A stretch of 15,729 nt of DNA, taken from positions 1 to 15,729 of the IMG/VR virus record IMGVR_UViG_3300020050_007388. The stretch is one strand, 5' to 3'. The translations under genes were made by a program, and so were the position numbers. The DNA comes from a virus. Its lineage: Duplodnaviria > Heunggongvirae > Uroviricota > Caudoviricetes. The notes under the pieces are model-generated. The model ran no database searches, was not told the DNA's origin, and saw nothing but the letters and a program-made list of their open reading frames with translations. Shown piece by piece: positions 1 through 6,596 of the stretch (position 1 is the stretch's first letter; every line of letters begins with the position of its first letter).

Positions 1-2
1 TT

Positions 3-155
3 GCGCCAGCTACAGCTACTACAAATAGTAGGAATTATGGTGGTGGAGCTGGTGGTGCAAAAGCAAACAACGCAACAGATAGAGCTGGAGGTAAAGGCCG
101 ACAAGGAGCAATTATACTTCATTATGATAGTGGAGATTTTCTTCACATGTTTTAG
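3..155 (+). CDS. 3' end of a Gly-rich tail fibre/structural protein (partial; not in the ORF track)
   Basis: Frame 3 reads APATATTNSRNYGGGAGGAKANNATDRAGGKGRQGAIILHYDSGDFLHMF*. The GGGAGG...GGxGxQGxIxIxY pattern is typical of the C-terminal glycine-rich domains of phage tail fibres. Stop is TAG at 153-155. Confidence 0.7.
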   Translation, partial: APATATTNSRNYGGGAGGAKANNATDRAGGKGRQGAIILHYDSGDFLHMF

Positions 156-175
156 TCAGATAAATAAACTTATTA

Positions 176-184
176 TATCTTTGC
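176..184 (+). promoter_or_regulatory. Putative Bacteroidota sigma70 -7 promoter element (TATCTTTGC)
   Basis: TATCTTTG matches the Bacteroidota -7 consensus TAnnTTTG and lies in the 156-211 intergenic gap, 28 nt upstream of the ATG at 212. The -33 TTTG element is only imperfect (TTTAG around 151-155). Confidence 0.6.
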
Positions 185-211
185 CGTATTGTTAACAAAA
201 CTATAATTAAT

Positions 212-490
212 ATGCAAAAAGTACACAAAGAATTGGAATTACCTGCAGCAATTACTAAGATTGTTGTAGAGAATGTTGAAGCAATTAAAAAATTGCAAGC
301 CACTGTTCAAGTCCACAATCAAAAGATTACCGATATAATGATCGGATTTTGTTTGTCAAATGGAGTTGATCTTGAAAAAGATAAAGTTCAGTTTAATGAA
401 ACATTCTCAATCCTTCAAGTTTTAGAGGATATTCCTGAAACAGATGTTGCTGTAGAAAAACCGACAAAAGCTAAAAAAGCTAAAATTTAA
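212..490 (+). CDS. Hypothetical 92-aa protein (coiled-coil N-half, Lys/Ala-rich tail); possible fibre chaperone
   Basis: Clean ORF with an A/T-rich leader, preceded by a promoter motif and followed by a terminator. It ends in EKPTKAKKAKI. I recognise no family. Confidence 0.75.
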   Translation: MQKVHKELELPAAITKIVVENVEAIKKLQATVQVHNQKITDIMIGFCLSNGVDLEKDKVQFNETFSILQVLEDIPETDVAVEKPTKAKKAKI

Positions 491-493
491 TCC

Positions 494-535
494 ATAGCCT
501 ACTAGAGTTTATCTTTAGTGGGCTATTTTTATTTT
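494..535 (+). terminator. Rho-independent terminator
   Basis: A 14-bp stem ATAGCCTACTAGAG / CTTTAGTGGGCTAT (two G-U pairs) with a TTTAT loop, followed by TTTTATTTT, starting 3 nt after the TAA at 490. Confidence 0.85.
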
Positions 536-580
536 AATCCAAGACCGAGATTATAAATCACGCTTCATAAAAAATTACAT

Positions 581-904
581 ATGATGAACGAGGCCAGTTG
601 GTATCAAATGATGGGAATTTCTAAATTGGTTCTCAGGAATTTCGTTATTGGTTGTTTTATAATTCTTCTCTCTGTAATCGCACTCTTAACTGTTGAGTTA
701 AGAAGTGTTAACAAAGAAAGAAGGATGGATGATTACAACCACAAACAAGAACTTATTGCCTGTAAAGAAGAAAGCAGTAAAATTGCTGAAACAAAAAACA
801 ATGAGTATAAAGCATTGTTTGAAGAAACAATCCGAAATCAATATAAAATACAAGCTGAACAACTAAAAATAAAATCAGCATTATCAAAACATAAAAATGA
901 GTAG
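581..904 (+). CDS. Single-TM coiled-coil membrane protein; putative holin or i-spanin-like lysis protein
   Basis: Hydrophobic segment FVIGCFIILLSVIALLTV (aa 21-38) followed by a charged coiled-coil. It lies two genes upstream of a putative cell-wall enzyme. The function is inferred. Confidence 0.6.
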   Translation: MMNEASWYQMMGISKLVLRNFVIGCFIILLSVIALLTVELRSVNKERRMDDYNHKQELIACKEESSKIAETKNNEYKALFEETIRNQYKIQAEQLKIKSALSKHKNE

Positions 905-1193
905 ATATATCATTTTAACACTTTCCATATTTTTGTTAAGTTTTTTTATAGAAAGCAGTTCAGGTACATCTCAAAGTTTAAATGTAGATGTTGAGAAAAT
1001 TGTAACTTATTCTGAATTTGAGATGCAACTTACATATTTAAATGAATGTACCAAACTTATGTATGCAGATATATTAAGAATGAATTTAGATTTACAATTA
1101 CATGAGGCAATGGAAGTTAAATCAAACTCTTGGGAAGATATTAAATCATCAATTCACATTAATAATGAATCTGATACTACAAAGAAAAACTGA
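897..1193 (+). CDS. N-terminal signal/TM protein, 98 aa; putative lysis accessory protein
   Basis: MSR followed by hydrophobic YIILTLSIFLLSFFI and a Ser-rich linker, then a helical domain. There is no lipobox Cys. It overlaps both neighbours. Confidence 0.55.
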   Translation: MSRYIILTLSIFLLSFFIESSSGTSQSLNVDVEKIVTYSEFEMQLTYLNECTKLMYADILRMNLDLQLHEAMEVKSNSWEDIKSSIHINNESDTTKKN

Positions 1194-1734
1194 AATTAAC
1201 AATACTGTTTTAGGAGAATTAAGTATTGATGGAAAATTTTTTTGTTACACCTTAGAAGATAAAATTAGAGATGTAAAAATTAAGCATGAAACTTGTATTC
1301 CACCAGGAAATTACAAGATTCTTTTAACTCTTAGTCAAAGATTTAAAACAATTCTTCCGATATTATTAAATGTTCCAGGATTTGAAGGAATAAGAATACA
1401 TGCTGGAAATACAATTGAAGATACATCAGGTTGTTTGTTAGTAGGATCTGCAATAAACGGAGATAAACTTTTACATTCAAAAACTACATTACAACAATTA
1501 TTGTTAAAACTAACCGTAGCTTTAAAAAAGGGTGAAGTTAGAATTACAGTTTTAAATCCAGTAAAAACAATTGTTGAAACAGAAAAGATTAAGGATGTTG
1601 AAAAGATTATAGAACCTACAACTCCGGTAGAAACAATTCTTCCTAGTTTAAACATACCTAATGAAACCAAATTAGATTTAATCACTTTACTAAATAAGTT
1701 CATATTATGGCTAACCAAATTTTACAAAAACTAA
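1165..1734 (+). CDS. DUF5675-family protein (L,D-transpeptidase/YkuD-like His-Cys motif); putative peptidoglycan-acting lysin
   Basis: Family-typical sequence MNLILQR...TVLGELSIDGKFFCYTLED...ETCIPPGNYKI...VPGFEGIRIHAGNTIEDTSGCLLVG. The likely start is ATG 1165 (MNLIL) rather than 1102. It has a C-terminal Pro/Thr/Glu linker and an amphipathic helix. Confidence 0.8.
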   Translation: MNLILQRKTEINNTVLGELSIDGKFFCYTLEDKIRDVKIKHETCIPPGNYKILLTLSQRFKTILPILLNVPGFEGIRIHAGNTIEDTSGCLLVGSAINGDKLLHSKTTLQQLLLKLTVALKKGEVRITVLNPVKTIVETEKIKDVEKIIEPTTPVETILPSLNIPNETKLDLITLLNKFILWLTKFYKN

Positions 1735-2213
1735 TTGATGTAAACTTCAACTTTATTGCAACTGAAGTTCTACCTTTAATTGAAAAAGATTATCTTCGTG
1801 TATCTGCAACTGAAGTTGTTGATCGAGTTAAACTTACAGTACTGGCTGCCACAGATGGTGGAGTTAGTAAAGAAAAACTTATTGAGATTTGGGCAGATCT
1901 ACCATCTGACCCAGAAATTGTTAATGCTATTAAACTAGCTGTATTAGAAGCTATTAATAAAATTGACGAACCAGAAATTCAAGAAGGATTAAACCTTTTA
2001 GTTGATCCAGTTATTGAATCTTTGATTATTCTTGTAGATAAAGAAGGTGCCAATAAAGAAAAATTGGGAATCCTGTGGAAAGATTTTCTGAATGATCCTA
2101 AGCTTTTAGCTTATGGTATTAAACATCTTGAATGGTTAATCAAAAAAATTGTTAAAGATGACAATGCTGTTAAATGGATTATGAAATTACTTAACGCTTT
2201 TATTTCTAAATAA
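1707..2213 (+). CDS. Hypothetical all-alpha protein with an internal ~62-aa tandem repeat
   Basis: KEKLxxxWxDxxxDP occurs at aa 55-69 and 117-131. The ORF is coupled to its neighbours by a 28-nt overlap and by TAATG. Confidence 0.75.
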   Translation: MANQILQKLIDVNFNFIATEVLPLIEKDYLRVSATEVVDRVKLTVLAATDGGVSKEKLIEIWADLPSDPEIVNAIKLAVLEAINKIDEPEIQEGLNLLVDPVIESLIILVDKEGANKEKLGILWKDFLNDPKLLAYGIKHLEWLIKKIVKDDNAVKWIMKLLNAFISK

Positions 2214-2743
2214 TGGTAGCAACACTTAATAGTGACTGTACAAATTTAACTCTGACATCAGAGTTTTTAACACCAGTTGCTGGAAAGACGTACGTAAGCC
2301 TCGTGTTAAAGAGTAGATTAAACTGCTCTTTAACCGAGACTTCCGTTACTGTATCCAGTTTAATTGGATCAATTAGTAATAAGCAAATTGTAATTCCTGC
2401 TACAACTTATTATACAGACTTTACTAAACCAAAATATTGTGATGGAATTTATTATTTTGAATTACAAATAACTTATGACTTAACGGTAAATGGTGTAACT
2501 ACTAGATACCTTATAAAAGATGGAGCTTGTAAGTTAGTAGATTGTGATCTTAAATGCAAGGTAAATGAATACTATACCAAATGTAAAGATCGAACTGCTT
2601 ATTATCAATACTATGCTCTATTGCAAGGAAATGATTGTGACTCTTGTTATTGCACAGAAATGTGTTCTTTATATTCTGAATTAAAAACTCTTCTTAATGA
2701 CAACAATATCTCTACTACAAGCAGCGGATGTGGTTGCACTTAG
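2213..2743 (+). CDS. Cys-rich virion protein; probable tail hub/collar protein (beta-rich N-domain, helical Cys-rich C-domain)
   Basis: 13 Cys in 176 aa, ending in SGCGCT. The Thr/Ser/Val/Tyr-rich N-terminal part suggests a beta-sandwich. Its position upstream of the ring-protein gene fits the crAss tail-hub genes (synteny inference). Confidence 0.5.
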   Translation: MVATLNSDCTNLTLTSEFLTPVAGKTYVSLVLKSRLNCSLTETSVTVSSLIGSISNKQIVIPATTYYTDFTKPKYCDGIYYFELQITYDLTVNGVTTRYLIKDGACKLVDCDLKCKVNEYYTKCKDRTAYYQYYALLQGNDCDSCYCTEMCSLYSELKTLLNDNNISTTSSGCGCT

Positions 2744-2999
2744 ATGTATATACTTCCAACTAGTTAAGTCTTTAAAAGAAATTTCTTGGTATGGATTAAA
2801 CTGTAACACAGAAGATTATATAAATGATGTAGAACTAGCATTTGTTTATTTAGAATCTATTACTTCTGGTTGTCCACTTACATATTCTTTTGAATGTGAA
2901 ATAAAAACATTTATTGCAAAGAAATCATCGTATTGTATTTTTTCAGACAATAGGTGTTTACCAAGATATACGGTTACCAACCAAGGTACTGTTGGTTAG
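2697..2999 (+). CDS. Small Cys-rich protein; possible second tail hub subunit
   Basis: 100-aa ORF with 6 Cys, overlapping the upstream gene by 47 nt. The start could instead be GTG 2730. The function is inferred from synteny only. Confidence 0.5.
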   Translation: MTTISLLQAADVVALRCIYFQLVKSLKEISWYGLNCNTEDYINDVELAFVYLESITSGCPLTYSFECEIKTFIAKKSSYCIFSDNRCLPRYTVTNQGTVG

Positions 3000-3001
3000 T
3001 C

Positions 3002-3024
3002 AGGTACATAATTTTTATGTACTT
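3002..3024. promoter_or_regulatory. Intergenic inverted repeat GTACATAA-TTT-TTATGTAC (weak terminator or operator)
   Basis: Perfect 8-bp arms at 3004-3011 and 3015-3022, extendable by G-U and A-U pairs to 3002-3024. The T run at 3023-3026 overlaps the end of the extended stem. It sits in the only intergenic gap between 581 and the window end. Confidence 0.55.
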
Positions 3025-3042
3025 TTACCAAAAATTACATAA

Positions 3043-4062
3043 ATGACAAAAGAATTAACTAAATTTCTGCAAGAAAAGCAGACCTCTGGTCAATGGTTAG
3101 AAATAGCCAACAAATTTGGAGTTCAGGGAACCAATAAACAAAAATCGGATTTCATCCGAAGGATGTGGAAGAAACACAGAAAATCTTACACAACTACATC
3201 TGGAAAGGGTGGATATACTACAGTTACTTTAAACCAAGATTGGTCCACTGTAACAAAAGAACATCTTGACCATCTTGAATGGAAACACAATGTTTTAAAC
3301 AAAGTGGTAAAGGAAGAACCTAAAAACGGATTCCATTTAGTTTTAGGATGTGTGCATGTACCTTTCCATAATAAAATTCTTCTTGAAAAACTTATTAATA
3401 TGATTAAGGATCAAAAGGATAATATTCTTGGATTTCATCTTATCGGAGATTTTTTAGACTTAAAAAGTTTAAGTAGTTTTGATGACAAAACTATAGATTT
3501 TTCAGGACTAACTTTGGGTAAAGAATATGAAGAAGGAAATAAAGTATTAGATTTGTTTGATTCAGTACTTCCAAAAGATTGCCAAAAAACATTTATTTAT
3601 GGAAATCATGAAGCTAGATATAATAAGTATATCACCAGTATAAAAAACTATAAAACTGCAGATGCAATCTTATCACCTGAACAAGCTCTTAACTTAAAAG
3701 CGCGAGGTTATCAAACGTTAGTAGATTGGAAAGATGATTTTATTACAGTTGGTAAATACCAGATATTTCATGGAATTGCTTGTACTGTAAATTCAGCAAA
3801 AACACATTTAGAAAAATTAAGATCTAGTTGTATGTTTGCACATACTCACAGAATAGGTCAACATTATGAAGGTTGGTTGCATGGAGTAAATGTTGGATGT
3901 TTAGCGCAAATGGATTCAGAAGCTTTTACATATTTATCGAGAGTTGAGAAATCTCAATGGAAAAACGGTTTTGGTATAATTAATGTTGATGGAAATTCTA
4001 ATCAGGCAGAGGTTATAGTTTGTGAAGATAACGGATTTTTTTATAATGGAAAAAGATATTAA
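3043..4062 (+). CDS. Calcineurin-like metallophosphoesterase with an N-terminal HTH-like region
   Basis: Motifs GCVH (C103/H105, canonical DxH), GDFLD (D136/D139), GNHE (187-190), FHG (H243) and HTH (H267/H269). The N-terminal WLEIANKFGV...SDFIRRMW segment looks like a helix-turn-helix. Confidence 0.88.
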   Translation: MTKELTKFLQEKQTSGQWLEIANKFGVQGTNKQKSDFIRRMWKKHRKSYTTTSGKGGYTTVTLNQDWSTVTKEHLDHLEWKHNVLNKVVKEEPKNGFHLVLGCVHVPFHNKILLEKLINMIKDQKDNILGFHLIGDFLDLKSLSSFDDKTIDFSGLTLGKEYEEGNKVLDLFDSVLPKDCQKTFIYGNHEARYNKYITSIKNYKTADAILSPEQALNLKARGYQTLVDWKDDFITVGKYQIFHGIACTVNSAKTHLEKLRSSCMFAHTHRIGQHYEGWLHGVNVGCLAQMDSEAFTYLSRVEKSQWKNGFGIINVDGNSNQAEVIVCEDNGFFYNGKRY

Positions 4063-4579
4063 ACTTTGTAAAAAATGTTCTCTAGAAAAAGAACATTCCT
4101 TAAAGGGTAGAATTTGTAAAGATTGTAAAAAAGAGTATGATAAAAAATACATATTTATAAATCAAGTTGTTCTAACCGAAAATGGTAGGAAATATCGAGA
4201 GAAAAATTTAAAACGGAAGCAAGAATATGATTCTAAATATAGAAGTGAGAATATTGACAAGATAGTACAACAAAAGCAAAAAGATGCGCTTTTAGGAAAA
4301 TCTTACAAGTGGGCTAAAAATAGTCAACTTAAGAAAAAATATAACATCACACTTATTGACTTCAATAATCTTCTTGAGGAACAGTTCTTTCTATGCAAAA
4401 TATGTTTAATAGATTTAACAACATTACCATCACACAAAATTAGTGTAGATCATTGTCATTCATCTGGTAAAGTTAGAGGTATTTTATGTTCAATGTGTAA
4501 TCTCGGATTAGGACACTTTAAAGATGATACTCGATCATTGGAAAATGCAATTAAATATTTAAACGAAAATTTACAATGA
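4046..4579 (+). CDS. Endonuclease VII-family (His-Me/HNH) nuclease, probably a free-standing homing endonuclease
   Basis: C-terminal KYNIT...QxxxCKIC...VDHCH..GKVRGILCSMCNLGLGHFKDD..L..AIKYL is the Endo VII signature. There is an N-terminal CKKC...CKDC zinc finger. The likely start is ATG 4046 rather than GTG 4022. Confidence 0.9.
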   Translation: MEKDIKLCKKCSLEKEHSLKGRICKDCKKEYDKKYIFINQVVLTENGRKYREKNLKRKQEYDSKYRSENIDKIVQQKQKDALLGKSYKWAKNSQLKKKYNITLIDFNNLLEEQFFLCKICLIDLTTLPSHKISVDHCHSSGKVRGILCSMCNLGLGHFKDDTRSLENAIKYLNENLQ

Positions 4580-5469
4580 TACTCGAACTTCAAGAAAAGT
4601 TTAAAGACATTCTTTACTTAGATTCCAAACACCAATATTATTATAAAGACAGAGAATTACTTTCAGTAACTAAATTTTTAAGTTCTTTAAAACCTAAATT
4701 TCAATCTGAATTTTGGGCCATTTTTAAAGCTTATCAGTTTTCAGGAATAAAGGTTAAGTTTATTTGGAATGATTATACTAAGTTTATAGTATTTTCTGAT
4801 CCAGATTCTTCTCATGGAGAATATGTATATTTAGAGAATGACCATAGTCACCTACCAGTAACTCCAAAAGATGTTCAAGATCAATGGAATATTGATAGTA
4901 TGGTTGGTACAACTAGAGGATCTTATATTCATGATTATTTAGATAAGCTGGAATCCAGGGTTTTGGATGTACCAAAAATTGAAATTCCTCAAGGAATGGA
5001 AATAGGTCAATCTATAAATTATGTCAACAGTTTAAATACTGGAAGAACTTTATGTAAAGAGTTTGTAAATTATGCTAAAGAAAATCTAACTCTTGTAGTA
5101 TCAGAATTTGTAATAGGGGATCCTAAGTTGGGATTAGCAGGAAGGTTTGATAGACTGTATTTTAATAAGCTAACTCAAGCTTATGAGATATGGGACTTTA
5201 AAACAGATAAACAAATTAGATACAAGTCTAGTTTTGGAACATTAGATCTGTTTAATTTACCTGATTGCGAATTTGAAAAATATTCTTTACAAACTAGTAT
5301 TTATAGAAAGATTATTGAAGATGCACTAGAAATTAAACTAGGTGAATCTAAAGTTGTTTGGTTTAATTTAAAAGAAGATAAGTTTGAAATAATTCAAACA
5401 GCTAACTACACACAATTAATAACAACGATGTTAAATGAAGACAATCGGAACTCATATATCCAACATTAG
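4576..5469 (+). CDS. PD-(D/E)XK (RecB/Cas4-like) nuclease
   Basis: Motifs LSVTKFL, RGSYIH, SEFVI...LAGRFDRL, IWDFKT and the RecB-type YSLQTSIY (QxxxY). It lacks the Cas4 Fe-S cysteine cluster. Confidence 0.88.
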   Translation: MILELQEKFKDILYLDSKHQYYYKDRELLSVTKFLSSLKPKFQSEFWAIFKAYQFSGIKVKFIWNDYTKFIVFSDPDSSHGEYVYLENDHSHLPVTPKDVQDQWNIDSMVGTTRGSYIHDYLDKLESRVLDVPKIEIPQGMEIGQSINYVNSLNTGRTLCKEFVNYAKENLTLVVSEFVIGDPKLGLAGRFDRLYFNKLTQAYEIWDFKTDKQIRYKSSFGTLDLFNLPDCEFEKYSLQTSIYRKIIEDALEIKLGESKVVWFNLKEDKFEIIQTANYTQLITTMLNEDNRNSYIQH

Positions 5470-6118
5470 GGCGTTATTAAAATCTTATTCAAGAAACCAG
5501 GAAGGTTATACGGACGAGGGTCTGTATAACCTTTTTTCTATTTCTAGAGCTGAGATTCTTAAAAACGAACTTAAAAAGTTTAATGCCCTATCAGATGATA
5601 ATTGGTATCAATTCTGCATGGGATTAGAGATTTCAAAATCACACAACTGTGATTGTGTTCCAGACAAATTGGAATGTAAAATATTAAAATCAAAATATAA
5701 AATTCCAACATCATTGGTTGGAAGACAACAATCTAAAATTAAAATTAGATTAATCTCCGGAAAAGTTATTAACTTGGTTTCAGAAGACGATTGGTTTAGA
5801 AGAAAAGATAAACCTACAAACGAATACTTTGGTAGCATTGTAAATCAACATCTGATTATATGGAATGCACCTTTAAGCTTAAAGGTTATTTTAGTATCTG
5901 GGATATGGTCAGAACCTATGGACTTGGCAACAATTCCAAATTGTGATCCATTAGGTAATCAAACTCCAGGTCAATGTTTAGATCCTTTAACTTCAAGTTA
6001 TCCATTACAAGAAGAATATTGTTCTGCTGCTTATAAAATGACTTTAGATCTATTATTTAGATCTTTACAAATTCCTCAAGATATAACAAACGATAGTAAT
6101 GAATCTGTCAAGAGTTAA
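5435..6118 (+). CDS. crAss-like tail ring protein
   Basis: 227 aa with an N-terminal helix pair, a central beta region (LKSKYKIP, GSIVNQHLII, VILVSGIWSEP), a YPL motif and a C-terminal PQDITND, resembling crAss ring proteins. It lies directly upstream of the IHF-like and tubular genes. Confidence 0.7.
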   Translation: MKTIGTHISNIRALLKSYSRNQEGYTDEGLYNLFSISRAEILKNELKKFNALSDDNWYQFCMGLEISKSHNCDCVPDKLECKILKSKYKIPTSLVGRQQSKIKIRLISGKVINLVSEDDWFRRKDKPTNEYFGSIVNQHLIIWNAPLSLKVILVSGIWSEPMDLATIPNCDPLGNQTPGQCLDPLTSSYPLQEEYCSAAYKMTLDLLFRSLQIPQDITNDSNESVKS

Positions 6119-6596
6119 AAGAAGAACATTAGTAGATATTTATGCTTTTTATAAGTATAAGAAAAACATTCAACACCCCATTGGAACAACACCTTACCCG
6201 TTTGTTAAACAGTCTGAAGTAACAGATCATAAATTATCTGCTGACTTTAGAGAATGGAAATTGGTGGTTCAACTTTACATTGAAAAATTAAAAGTTTACC
6301 TTGAAGAAGGTAATAGTATTCAATTAGGTTCTAGGACTGGAGATTTTCATTTAGCTAAATTTAAAGCTCCAAACTTTATTGATTTTAAAAAGTCAAGGGA
6401 ACAAGGTAAAGTTGTCAGGTTTGCAAAAAATAATGTTGATAATTATTTTATATGCTCTTCTTGGGCAAGAAAAAAGATGCGTTTTAAACTCCAACATTTT
6501 TGGAAAATAGAACTAAGTCATTCTTGGCTAAGTCGTATATATAAAGATTGTGAAAAAGATTATACTAAAATATATAAAATACGAGATTCAAAATGA
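6099..6596 (+). CDS. IHF/HU-like DNA-binding protein of the crAss-like tail module
   Basis: Basic protein with an HU-like core, LKVYLEEGNSIQLGSRTGDFHL, and a downstream IDFKKS...W segment. It sits at the position typical for the crAss IHF-like gene. Confidence 0.7.
   Translation: MNLSRVKRRTLVDIYAFYKYKKNIQHPIGTTPYPFVKQSEVTDHKLSADFREWKLVVQLYIEKLKVYLEEGNSIQLGSRTGDFHLAKFKAPNFIDFKKSREQGKVVRFAKNNVDNYFICSSWARKKMRFKLQHFWKIELSHSWLSRIYKDCEKDYTKIYKIRDSK

Noticed and set aside
1-195. ORF-track 64-aa ORF in frame 1
   Set aside because: Frame 3 gives a recognisable Gly-rich fibre C-terminus ending at 155. The frame 1 product has no recognisable features and runs through the promoter region.
1757-1817. 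13-nt direct repeat TGCAACTGAAGTT (1757 and 1805)
   Set aside because: Only two copies, both encoding ATEV in frame. This is not a CRISPR-like or regulatory array.
2744-2767. Mini-ORF MYILPTS directly after the TAG at 2743
   Set aside because: Seven codons nested in the 2697 ORF, with no supporting signal.
4033-4048. T7 run that could shift the phosphoesterase +1 into the Endo VII frame to make a fusion
   Set aside because: There is no canonical slippery heptamer in phase and no stimulatory structure. T runs are common at this AT content, and Endo VII has its own ATG at 4046.
4576-5469. Cas4/CRISPR association for the PD-(D/E)XK nuclease
   Set aside because: There is no Fe-S cysteine cluster, no cas genes and no repeat-spacer array in the window.
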